DNA of 33,791 nucleotides from an uncultured Gammaproteobacteria bacterium (lineage in GTDB: Bacteria; Patescibacteriota; Microgenomatia; Daviesbacterales; UBA10151), in assembly GCA_964405065.1 (NCBI GenBank), contig CAYOMO010000002.1, positions 1-33,791 on the forward strand. The letters are read 5' to 3'. Shown piece after piece: positions 8,131 through 15,833 of the stretch (positions within the stretch are counted from its first letter, which is position 1; each line of letters starts with the position of its first letter). Position numbers and translations under genes: made by a program. The notes beneath the pieces were generated by a model. That model was given only the letters and a program-made list of their open reading frames with translations. It was not told the origin of the DNA and did not search any database.

Positions 8131-8553
8131 TTATTCAGTAATTTCAATTTCCCGTTTATTTTCAGTTAAGTGCTTGAATCTGATAGCCAAAGCATTTTTT
8201 GGCAGTTGATCGCCTAGTTTTTCCGCCCATTCGATCAAGATGATGTCTTGTGTCTGGTTAAATAAATCAGTTAAGCCAAGTTCATCTACATTGATTTCTT
8301 CTAGACGATATAAATCCAAATGATACAAAGTTCTATTTCTATCTGGTAGTTCGTGTTGGCGGATTAAAGTAAATGTAGGGGAGGCTATTTTTTCGTGAAT
8401 TCCGAGTGCTCTGGCAAAGCCTTGAGTGAAGGTGGTTTTTCCACTTCCAAGATCTCCGATCAACGCCACCACTCCTCCGTGGGTGGTAAATCGCGCTGCC
8501 ACAGAGGCGGCGAATTCTTGGGTGTCTGCAGTTGATTCGGAGAAAATAACCAT
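8131..8553 (-). CDS. tsaE: tRNA t6A37 biosynthesis ATPase TsaE (YjeE)
   Basis: 140 aa. P-loop GDLGSGKTTFTQGFARALG, plus HLDLYRL. Confidence 0.9.
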   Translation of the reverse strand: MVIFSESTADTQEFAASVAARFTTHGGVVALIGDLGSGKTTFTQGFARALGIHEKIASPTFTLIRQHELPDRNRTLYHLDLYRLEEINVDELGLTDLFNQTQDIILIEWAEKLGDQLPKNALAIRFKHLTENKREIEITE

Positions 8554-9773
8554 TTTTTAATATTCCAGTCTGGTTTGTATTTTACTATGAATGCCGAAGC
8601 TATGCCAATCAAAAAAAGAATTCCAGAGCTGAAATAAAACCAACCAGGATTGATTTTAGAGGGTGAATTGCTGGGAGGTCTGGTAGCGATATCACCGGCA
8701 ACCGTCGCAATACCAGCGATTGATGCTATATTAGGCACGATGTCAAGTGCTGATGCTGAAGCTTCGGTTGCTGAAGGTGTGGATTCATCTAAAATAACAG
8801 GTTGTATCTGGCTCTTATAAAGTAATGATTCGGTTGTAGCCTCTTTGATTGAAGGGCTTGGAACGGGTGAGATAGTAGGTGATGGTGAAGGAGAAGGATT
8901 AATGATCTCATTAATATACACCGTTTGGCTATCACTCCAGGTGGGACCTGAGCCTAAAGCGGTATATCGAGCCAGTTTAAAGTGATATTCGCCAGATGAG
9001 GAAAATCCGCTATCTTGGGTGTCAGGGATACATTCGATCTTACCTTGCCATTTGCCTTGGGAATCAGTTTGAATTTTGTATTGGCTGGAGTAAGTTTGGC
9101 TATTTTTGATCCAATTATCAGCGTATTTGGTTTGTCCAAAGTAATTGGAGCTGCCATCTTCATAAAAAGCCCCTTTTAGATAAAAAATAGTTTGGGGGTA
9201 TTGAGGTAGATAAAGACTAACCAAAAACTGGAAACTTTCATTTGAGTTGATTGTAGAGGGGAGGGTACCTATAGTGAAATAAGGGCTAGCGGTTGGAGTC
9301 GGTGTTGGAGAGATACTAGGAGAAAAAGTGATTGGAAGTGGAGTTGGTGTTGGTAGCGCGGTGATAATGGGACTTGGTTCAATACTGGGACTGGGAGAGA
9401 GGGTTGGAATTATATTGGAATAGATGAATTGGTAGGTTGGGCTCCAGGCGCTTTCTACTCCATTTAGATCTTTAGCCAATATTCGCCAATACCAGATACC
9501 TTCCGCTAATTGAGGAGAATAAAAAGTATTTGCAGTAGTTATGTCTTTGGTGGGATTTTGAAAATCTGGTTGATCATCTACTTGAATTCGGTATGGAGAG
9601 GTTGTTTTTACTGCATAGTTAGGAACTAGCCATTCCAGCTTGGTACTGGAAACAGTTTGTTCATTTTGAGGTGTTACCTGAAGAGGGGCTGGATAGGCTG
9701 CATAAACGTGAGCAATCTGAATAGAGAGTAAAAGGGCAGTAAAGGTGGTAATTATTAAAAACCAACGCTTCAC
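8460..9773 (-). CDS. Secreted/surface protein with Pro/Ser/Thr-rich linkers and a C-terminal membrane anchor
   Basis: GTG start. Signal peptide MKRWFLIITTFTALLLSIQIAHVYA. FN3-like segment (YWRILAKDLNGVESAWSP). Linkers PSPSIEPSPIITALPTPTPLPITFSPSISPTPTPTASP and PSPSPSPTISPVPSPS. C-terminal hydrophobic span WFYFSSGILFLIGIASAFIV. The last 94 nt overlap tsaE. Confidence 0.8.
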   Translation of the reverse strand: MKRWFLIITTFTALLLSIQIAHVYAAYPAPLQVTPQNEQTVSSTKLEWLVPNYAVKTTSPYRIQVDDQPDFQNPTKDITTANTFYSPQLAEGIWYWRILAKDLNGVESAWSPTYQFIYSNIIPTLSPSPSIEPSPIITALPTPTPLPITFSPSISPTPTPTASPYFTIGTLPSTINSNESFQFLVSLYLPQYPQTIFYLKGAFYEDGSSNYFGQTKYADNWIKNSQTYSSQYKIQTDSQGKWQGKIECIPDTQDSGFSSSGEYHFKLARYTALGSGPTWSDSQTVYINEIINPSPSPSPTISPVPSPSIKEATTESLLYKSQIQPVILDESTPSATEASASALDIVPNIASIAGIATVAGDIATRPPSNSPSKINPGWFYFSSGILFLIGIASAFIVKYKPDWNIKKWLFSPNQLQTPKNSPPLWQRDLPPTEEWWR

Positions 9774-9856
9774 CGTATCGGAATAATATGGGTTTATGGT
9801 TGAGGTGTCAAGCAGTAATTTGGGTAATATTTGGGAATTAGTTAGAAGGTAGGAAA

Positions 9857-9871
9857 GGTACTAAAAGTACC
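9857..9871 (-). terminator. Short hairpin GGTACT-AAA-AGTACC downstream of the M23 gene
   Basis: 6-bp stem, followed on the minus strand by TTTCCTACC. A weak candidate. Confidence 0.25.
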
Positions 9872-9890
9872 ACATCCCTCTTTTGATACT

Positions 9891-11126
9891 CTACGGAATA
9901 TGCCAGTAGAGAGTTACTATACCATTATGATGATCGATATAGACGCCTTTACCAGTAGTACCGGTCAGATAACAAGCTTTTGAGTCTTGAGTAGCATAGG
10001 CATCACCATCGTCTGCGGCATAAATAGAAGCACCATAATAATCTGGTATATCAAGACCTGAATGAGTGCCTAAGAAATAAACTTGACCAAAACGTGTAGA
10101 TATATTGCCTTGTCGGCAGACTCCGCTATTGCTACAGTCTTCGCCGTTATAACTGGCTGTTGGTTTGGCTATTTTACCAGAATCAATGTAGGGTTTGGGA
10201 TCAACTTTGTTTTCTTTGCCAATAATGATTCCATTCTCGACTCTGGCCGGAGTCATTACTTCTAAATGTAAATGTGGTCCAGTGGAACATCCGGAGTTTC
10301 CAACCGAGGCAATTCTTTCACCTCTTTTGACAGGACCTAGTTTGGTACCCCCACTTGATAAAGCTCTCGAGATAGATTCTGTATCAGCGCGCAGTTTAAC
10401 TAGCAGTTGTTGGAACTTTGTTTCATCATTTTGGGTGGCTCTAAGCAGTTCATCTTTGGCTTTTTTTTGATCAGCTAGTTGTGTTTGATATTTTTCAAGA
10501 TCTTTTTTTAATTTTTCTTGTTCTGCTTGTCGGGTAGCTTTATCATTTTTTTGATCATTGTAACTAGTTTTAGTGGCTTGTAATTCATAAAGGACTTTCT
10601 TGTCGTTGGCTTGAATTACTTGTAAATATTTCAGCTTTTGGATCAAATCTCCAAGACCTTCAGATGAGAAGATTAGTTCTAGTGGACTGGTGCTACCATG
10701 TTTATAAGTTTGGACTATTCGGTTGAGTAATACTTCTGACAATGAATCAACATTTTGGGATAGACGGCCAATTCTGCCTTCTAATTCATCTATTTCTTTG
10801 TTTAATTTGGTGATTTGGAATTCTGTTTCATCAATTTTTAGTAATGTGATTTTGACTTGGTTATCAATAACTTGAATCTGGGTTTTTAAGGTTTTTTCTT
10901 GTTTTTGGGCATCTTCCAGCTGTGATTGCACTTTTTTAATTTCTTCTTGTTTTTCTTTAAGTTGTTTCTCGAGGTCAGAAGATGATTGAGCATAGGTAGA
11001 TGGTGGGTTGTAATTGATAGGTTGTAGTAAGAAAACAAATCCGAATACAACTATAAATAAGAAGCAGAGCTTGATACTTCGTATTAAACTATCTACCATA
11101 AGCTTTTGAAGGAATGGTTTATTCAT
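9891..11126 (-). CDS. Coiled-coil peptidoglycan hydrolase with an M23/LytM domain (EnvC/PcsB-type FtsEX partner)
   Basis: ATG at 11126 (MNKPFLQKL..) lies 7 nt after the ftsX stop; the ORF-track start at 11177 would overlap ftsX by 44 nt. N-terminal transmembrane anchor, about 200 aa of heptad-rich Q/K/E/L sequence, then VGNSGCSTGPHLHLEV followed later by GTHSGLDI...IYAADDGDA...YIDHHNGIVTLYWHI. Confidence 0.85.
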   Translation of the reverse strand: MNKPFLQKLMVDSLIRSIKLCFLFIVVFGFVFLLQPINYNPPSTYAQSSSDLEKQLKEKQEEIKKVQSQLEDAQKQEKTLKTQIQVIDNQVKITLLKIDETEFQITKLNKEIDELEGRIGRLSQNVDSLSEVLLNRIVQTYKHGSTSPLELIFSSEGLGDLIQKLKYLQVIQANDKKVLYELQATKTSYNDQKNDKATRQAEQEKLKKDLEKYQTQLADQKKAKDELLRATQNDETKFQQLLVKLRADTESISRALSSGGTKLGPVKRGERIASVGNSGCSTGPHLHLEVMTPARVENGIIIGKENKVDPKPYIDSGKIAKPTASYNGEDCSNSGVCRQGNISTRFGQVYFLGTHSGLDIPDYYGASIYAADDGDAYATQDSKACYLTGTTGKGVYIDHHNGIVTLYWHIP

Positions 11127-11133
11127 AAATGGG

Positions 11134-12009
11134 TTAAAGATGTAAGTAGCGTCTGATAGCTCCGTAAGATCCAACAAATCCGATTACTACAGCTATAAGT
11201 TGTCCGATCAGTAGTAGTTCAAGCATTACAATGGGAGATATTGGTAGTAAACTGACATCTTTGATTGCTTCCTGAATCCAAGGTGTGGCATACCACAAGA
11301 TCAGATAAGACATTACCCAGGCGACAAAAGCTCCAAAAGAGCTATAAAAAATACCTTCCAAAATGAATGGCGCTCTAATAAACCAACTTGTGGCACCGAG
11401 AAGTTTCATTATTTCAATCTCGCGTCTTTTTATGCGGATCTTAAAGCCAATAATCATCAAAATAATTAGAAGTGAAAACAAGCTAAGGAAACTGATTACA
11501 ATTATTCCAGTTGTTCTGACTGTATTAGAAAATTTGGAGATAGCGTCGATCACATCGACTGGAATAATGACATTATCTTTGCCAATTACTGGTTCTTGGG
11601 CGAGCATATCGGCAACTAAAGCTAGATCCTGGGGGTTGTTGGTAGAAACTTCAAGTGAAGGGGGAAGCATACTAGAGGTCACAAGCTCAAGAGATTTAGG
11701 ATCGGCTTTATTTAAATCTTTATAATTTTGAAATGCCTCTTCTTTGGTAATGTATTTTACAGAGGCTACTTTTCCGGTCTGTTCAAGATTTTTTTTAATA
11801 GCCATTACATCTTGTTCGGTAGCACCATCTTCAAAAAATCCGATAACCTGAGGTTTGGATTCAAACTCTTTAATCAGTTTGTGAGAGCCCATTGCAAGCA
11901 AAATAAAGATCAGCATGGTTAGAAATGTTAAAAACATCACCATAATAGCTGCCATAGCTTGGTATGGAGTTCTTCTAATATTTCGTTTAACAAAGCTTAG
12001 TAGTCTCAT
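11134..12009 (-). CDS. ftsX: Cell-division ABC transporter permease-like protein FtsX
   Basis: 291 aa. One N-terminal transmembrane span, an extracytoplasmic domain and three C-terminal spans. Sits directly downstream of ftsE. Confidence 0.88.
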   Translation of the reverse strand: MRLLSFVKRNIRRTPYQAMAAIMVMFLTFLTMLIFILLAMGSHKLIKEFESKPQVIGFFEDGATEQDVMAIKKNLEQTGKVASVKYITKEEAFQNYKDLNKADPKSLELVTSSMLPPSLEVSTNNPQDLALVADMLAQEPVIGKDNVIIPVDVIDAISKFSNTVRTTGIIVISFLSLFSLLIILMIIGFKIRIKRREIEIMKLLGATSWFIRAPFILEGIFYSSFGAFVAWVMSYLILWYATPWIQEAIKDVSLLPISPIVMLELLLIGQLIAVVIGFVGSYGAIRRYLHL

Positions 12010-12015
12010 ACTTTA

Positions 12016-12036
12016 AATGTCTAATGTCTAATGATT
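12016..12036. repeat. Heptamer tandem repeat AATGTCT AATGTCT AATGATT
   Basis: Read directly in the ftsE-ftsX spacer. It is followed by two copies of ATTTGACATT (12041-12050 and 12064-12073). Confidence 0.7.
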
Positions 12037-12075
12037 GGGAATTTGACATTTGGCATTGGTATTATTTGACATTTT

Positions 12076-12762
12076 TTAATGTAATTCATATTTTCCTTCT
12101 TGAATATCTTTAACTATTTTGCCTTCTTTAACTAAAACAACCCGTCTTTTTAATGAATTGACGATCTCATGATTGTGAGTTGCCATTACTACTGTGGTGC
12201 CCCAAGAGTTGATCTCATTAAGCAGTTGCATTACTCCCCAGGAAGTTTGCGGATCAAGATCTCCGGTTGGTTCATCGGCAAGTAGTACTTCAGGTTTACC
12301 AATGATGGCTCGAGCGATAGCTGTTCTCTGAGCTTCTCCGCCCGATAGCTGACTTGGAAATAGGTTGCGGCGACCCCAGATCTCAAATAGTTTCAATATT
12401 CGCTCAACCTCTTTGTGTATTTCGTCCTCTTCATAGTTGCGGACTTCTAAAGCCAGAGCTACATTTTCAAAAACAGTTCGATCTTCTAAAAGTTTAAAAT
12501 CCTGAAAAACAAATCCAACTTTACGGCGATAGTAGGGAATATCAGAAGATTTTAATCTGGTCACATCTGTTTCTCCTACCGTGATCTTTCCTGAAGTAGG
12601 GGTATTTTCTCTGGTGAGTAAGCGGAGTAAGGTGGATTTACCAGCACCGGAGGGACCGACTAAAAAGACAAATTCCCCCGACTGAATCTCAAGATTGACA
12701 TCATCAATAGCGGTGATGGAGTTTGAAAATTTTTTTGTGACAGAATCAAATCTAATTATCAT
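12076..12762 (-). CDS. ftsE: Cell-division ATP-binding protein FtsE
   Basis: Walker A GPSGAGKST, signature LSGGEAQRTAIARA, Walker B LLADEPTGDLD. 228 aa, followed by ftsX. Confidence 0.92.
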   Translation of the reverse strand: MIIRFDSVTKKFSNSITAIDDVNLEIQSGEFVFLVGPSGAGKSTLLRLLTRENTPTSGKITVGETDVTRLKSSDIPYYRRKVGFVFQDFKLLEDRTVFENVALALEVRNYEEDEIHKEVERILKLFEIWGRRNLFPSQLSGGEAQRTAIARAIIGKPEVLLADEPTGDLDPQTSWGVMQLLNEINSWGTTVVMATHNHEIVNSLKRRVVLVKEGKIVKDIQEGKYELH

Positions 12763-12771
12763 TTTTTTGGG

Positions 12772-12777
12772 AGTATA
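12772..12777 (-). promoter_or_regulatory. -10 hexamer TATACT, 9 nt upstream of the ftsE ATG 12762
   Basis: The minus strand reads CACTATACTCCCAAAAAAATG. Confidence 0.3.
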
Positions 12778-12869
12778 GTGGGAGCGGACAGCGTGGAGAT
12801 ATTTGCAATTTACTAAACGCCAGACGCTACGCTATACGCTAATCTGAACTTGCGAAAATCAAGCTCGAT

Positions 12870-13307
12870 TTAATTAATTTCTTCTACTTTACCAACATCC
12901 ATTAACCATCCTTCTTTGATCGCTTTTTGTGTTTCACCATATACTTTAACTTTTTTCTCTTCAAACTGAGATAAATCAACTACCGATGAGGTCAAAGCTA
13001 CCGGAACTGCCCCATCACGAACAAGTAAATGAGTCCCTTCCGAATAAGTACCCGGTTTGGCTTCTGGTTTTTTGGTGATTTTGCCTTCAGCAAAATCTTT
13101 AAATGTTTGAGTATCTTCATGAGCTGAATCAGCTTGTTGAGCCTGACCAGTTATGATTTCGGCGGGAGAACCAGATTGGGTGGCAGCCAGAGCATAACCA
13201 GTGCCAATACCTGCTACAAGAGCCACTCCTAAAATAATACTCATTATTTTAAGTGAAGAGTTGTGAGACATTTTATGTGTGAAATGATCGCGATTGTTTT
13301 CGTCCAT
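12870..13307 (-). CDS. Hypothetical membrane-anchored/secreted protein
   Basis: 145-aa ORF with a single N-terminal hydrophobic span (IMSIILGVALVAGIGTGYALA). No recognisable family. Confidence 0.6.
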   Translation of the reverse strand: MDENNRDHFTHKMSHNSSLKIMSIILGVALVAGIGTGYALAATQSGSPAEIITGQAQQADSAHEDTQTFKDFAEGKITKKPEAKPGTYSEGTHLLVRDGAVPVALTSSVVDLSQFEEKKVKVYGETQKAIKEGWLMDVGKVEEIN

Positions 13308-13314
13308 GGATTTT

Positions 13315-13323
13315 ATTGTAGCA
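13315..13323 (-). promoter_or_regulatory. Extended -10 TGCTACAAT, 7 nt upstream of ATG 13307
   Basis: The minus strand reads GTATGCTACAATAAAATCCATG. Confidence 0.4.
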
Positions 13324-13420
13324 TACTCTGGCTAGTAGGTTTCAAGTACTAATTGGGTATAGGTTGGGGGTTGTAGAAGCCAGTATGGTTTTGGCTCACT
13401 GGATATATGTAAACCACGTC

Positions 13421-13440
13421 ATTCCCGCCAAAGCGGGAAT
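13421..13440. repeat. GC-rich hairpin ATTCCCGC-CAAA-GCGGGAAT
   Basis: Perfect 8-bp stem with a 4-nt loop in an otherwise AT-rich spacer, 46 nt downstream of the prfB stop. Confidence 0.6.
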
Positions 13441-13486
13441 CTATACAATCCCCTTCAACCAGATTCGTTAAGTTTTAATTGCTCTT

Positions 13487-14560
13487 TTAACTTAAAATTC
13501 TGACTTCAGCTTCAATAAATTCATCTAAATTGCCATCTAAAACACCTTCAGCATTGGATGTTTCGACTTGGGTTCGTAAATCTTTGACCATTTTATAAGG
13601 ATGGAGGACATAAGAACGGATTTGGGTCCCCCAAGAAGCCTGGGTGTTGGATCCACGAAGCTCTTTAGCTAAAGCTTTTTGTTCCTCCTGTTGTTTTTGC
13701 CAAAGTTTACCAAGTAGTAACTTCATGGCATTTTCCCGATTTTGCAGTTGGGAACGCTCGGTTTGGCAGGTAACGACGATTCCTGTAGGAATGTGTTTTA
13801 ATCTGACTGCGGTTGAAACTTTATTAACATTTTGTCCTCCAGCTCCGGCACTACGAAAAGAATCAAATTCAATATCGTTTTCATTGAGCTCAACTTCGGC
13901 ATTGTCTTCGATCACAGGCAATACTTCAACCAGAGCAAAAGAGGTTTGTCTTAAAGCGTCAGCATTAAATGGAGACTGACGGACTAGCCGATGGGTACCG
14001 GCTTCACCTTTGAGCAAACCAAAAGCAAAAGGAGCGTGAACAATCATAGACATCGTTTTAATGCCGGCTTCTTCGCCAGCTGATTCATCGGAAATCTCAA
14101 AAGACCAGCCTTTTTTCTCAAAATAGCGCTGATACATCCTTGATAACATCTGTGCCCAATCCATAGCCTCTGTTCCGCCCGCTCCCGAATGGACTGCAAT
14201 GATAGCTTCAGATTCATCATGCGGATGAGATAAAAAGAGTTTAAGTTCGAAATCAGCCAGAATTTTTTCAATATGGCGTGTTTCAGCTTTGAGATCTTCT
14301 TCCATGACAGGGTCGTTAGATAGTTCTAGAGCATCTGAAATTCTCATTTCCAGTTCATCCATAGTTTGGATAGTCTTTTGTTTTTCCGATAATTGTCTAG
14401 TGATAGACTGGGCTATTTTTTGATCATCCCAAAAGCTCGGTTTCATAGTTTGGGCTTCGAGCGCTAAAGATTCTTGTTGGAGCTTGTCACGATCGAGTTG
14501 AGCTTTGATTTTATTTAAACGGTCTTTTTGATCTTTGAGTTTTTGTTGGATGTCATCCAT
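13487..14560 (-). CDS. prfB: Peptide chain release factor 2
   Basis: SPF tripeptide (VRQSPFNA), GGQ motif ([27 protein letters not shown]) and [16 protein letters not shown] at 14560 is preferred over the GTG at 14575. The frame is uninterrupted, so no +1 frameshift site is needed. Confidence 0.93.
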   Translation of the reverse strand: MDDIQQKLKDQKDRLNKIKAQLDRDKLQQESLALEAQTMKPSFWDDQKIAQSITRQLSEKQKTIQTMDELEMRISDALELSNDPVMEEDLKAETRHIEKILADFELKLFLSHPHDESEAIIAVHSGAGGTEAMDWAQMLSRMYQRYFEKKGWSFEISDESAGEEAGIKTMSMIVHAPFAFGLLKGEAGTHRLVRQSPFNADALRQTSFALVEVLPVIEDNAEVELNENDIEFDSFRSAGAGGQNVNKVSTAVRLKHIPTGIVVTCQTERSQLQNRENAMKLLLGKLWQKQQEEQKALAKELRGSNTQASWGTQIRSYVLHPYKMVKDLRTQVETSNAEGVLDGNLDEFIEAEVRILS

Positions 14561-14566
14561 GAGGGA

Positions 14567-14572
14567 ATTATA
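14567..14572 (-). promoter_or_regulatory. Consensus -10 TATAAT, 6 nt upstream of the prfB ATG 14560
   Basis: The minus strand reads TTCGTGTATAATTCCCTCATG. Confidence 0.4.
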
Positions 14573-14575
14573 CAC

Positions 14576-14638
14576 GAATTATGAAATACGAATTATGAAT
14601 TATGAAATATGAATTATGAAATATGAATTATGAAAAAG
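14576..14638. repeat. 14-nt tandem repeat GAATTATGAAATAT, four copies plus one 7-nt half copy
   Basis: Copies at 14576-14589, 14597-14610, 14611-14624 and 14625-14638, with a half copy at 14590-14596. Confidence 0.85.
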
Positions 14639-14639
14639 G

Positions 14640-15833
14640 TTATTCGTAGCGGAGAGCGGTAATAGGATCGAGACGGGAGGCTCGGATAGCGGGAGTGACT
14701 CCAAAGATGACTCCTACTAGCATTGAGAAACCAAAAGATAACGCCACTGACCAAAGTGTGACTGTTGTGGTAAAGAAATAACTGATAGCCATGGATATGG
14801 CAATTCCTAAAATAATACCTAAAATCCCACCCAAACCAGATAGTGTGAGTGCTTCAATTAAAAATTGGTTGCGAATATCTTTGTCTTTAGCGCCCAAAGC
14901 TTTGCGCAAACCAATTTCACGAGTTCGCTCGGTGACTGATACCAGCATTATGTTCATGACTCCGATACCTCCTACTAATAGGGAGATGGCAGCAATTCCA
15001 CCAAGAGCTAGTGTTAACACACCGGTTATTTGATTGATAGTTGAAAGAGCCTGTTCTTGAGTTTGGACGGTAAAATCTTCATCCGTCAGCCTTTTTAGCA
15101 ATACTTTTTTGACTTCAGCTGAGACTTTGGGAATATCTTCAGGGGTTGGGGCAGAGATATAGATGGCGTTTGGCTGGTTGATGCCAAATTGCCGGCGAAC
15201 AGCATCAAGCGGGACTATCGCGGCATTATCCTGATCTTGTCCAAAAGTGGCTCCTTTTGGTGCAAAAGTGCCAATAACTTCATATGTCAGATTTCCAATG
15301 GTAATTTTTTTCCCTAAAGGGCTGCCTCCATCAAACAAATTGTTAACGACTGTATTTCCGATTACAGCGACTCTTTTTCCTGAGTTGGCTTCTGATTCGG
15401 TGATAAATCGTCCTGAAGCTATTTTAGTACCAGTCACAATTTTTAAATAATTGCCTTCGGCGCCTGTGACAGTCATATTTTTGCTTTGTTTGCTGCCATT
15501 TTTACTGGTCGCAGCTTTTGTGACTACAGCGGCCACTTCACTACCTGAAGCGATATTTCGTTCCAAGGTGGTGACATCATTGAATTGCAGCCGGTTGACC
15601 GGTGCACCGCCTGGACCGCGTCCCCCGTTTAAAGTGCCGGGCACTACGAAAATTAAATTTGAACCAAAGCCGGAAATTTGTCCGGTAATATAGCTTTGAA
15701 GACCGTTGACCAGAGCGATCAATACAATTACTGAAAGTACTCCAATTACAATTCCTAAAATAGTTAAAAAAGAACGGAGTCTATTGCGCAATATTGCACT
15801 GATTGCTAGTCTGATTGTTTCTAAAAAATTCAT
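14640..15833 (-). CDS. ABC transporter permease, MacB/FtsX family
   Basis: 397 aa. N-terminal transmembrane span, a large extracytoplasmic domain and three C-terminal spans. Motif REIGLRKALGA, ending RASRLDPITALRYE. Confidence 0.9.
   Translation of the reverse strand: MNFLETIRLAISAILRNRLRSFLTILGIVIGVLSVIVLIALVNGLQSYITGQISGFGSNLIFVVPGTLNGGRGPGGAPVNRLQFNDVTTLERNIASGSEVAAVVTKAATSKNGSKQSKNMTVTGAEGNYLKIVTGTKIASGRFITESEANSGKRVAVIGNTVVNNLFDGGSPLGKKITIGNLTYEVIGTFAPKGATFGQDQDNAAIVPLDAVRRQFGINQPNAIYISAPTPEDIPKVSAEVKKVLLKRLTDEDFTVQTQEQALSTINQITGVLTLALGGIAAISLLVGGIGVMNIMLVSVTERTREIGLRKALGAKDKDIRNQFLIEALTLSGLGGILGIILGIAISMAISYFFTTTVTLWSVALSFGFSMLVGVIFGVTPAIRASRLDPITALRYE

Noticed and set aside
11127-11177. 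N-terminal extensions proposed by the ORF track. Here it is 11177 for the M23 gene. The others are 21135 (rfbC), 28009 (GT-C-like), 17647 (tsaB), 19296 (rfbA), 18916 (small membrane ORF) and 14575 (prfB).
   Set aside because: The extensions overlap upstream genes or use non-ATG starts. In each case a downstream ATG gives the family-typical N-terminus and normal gene spacing.
12763-12869. Locally GC-richer spacer upstream of ftsE with AGCG/CGCT repeats, considered as a riboswitch or structured leader.
   Set aside because: The possible pairing is short and interrupted (6+4+4 bp with internal loops). A -10 hexamer sits only 9 nt from the ATG, which would leave the region outside the transcript. 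There is not enough evidence.
13308-13486. The largest intergenic region, examined for a tRNA, small RNA or riboswitch.
   Set aside because: I could find no cloverleaf, no T-loop GTTCRA motif and no extended conserved-looking structure. Only the 8-bp hairpin and a -10 element were seen. A plus-strand 29-codon ORF (MVLAHWIYVNHVIPAKAGIYTIPFNQIR) is most likely an artefact of the hairpin.
13487-14575. Looked for the programmed +1 frameshift site (CTT TGA C near codon 26) typical of many prfB genes.
   Set aside because: The RF2 reading frame is continuous from the N-terminus through the SPF and GGQ motifs, so no frameshift is needed.
14576-14638. Tandem repeats here and at 32661-32690, considered as a CRISPR array.
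   Set aside because: The units are 7-14 nt with no intervening unique spacers, and no cas genes are present. These are simple tandem repeats.
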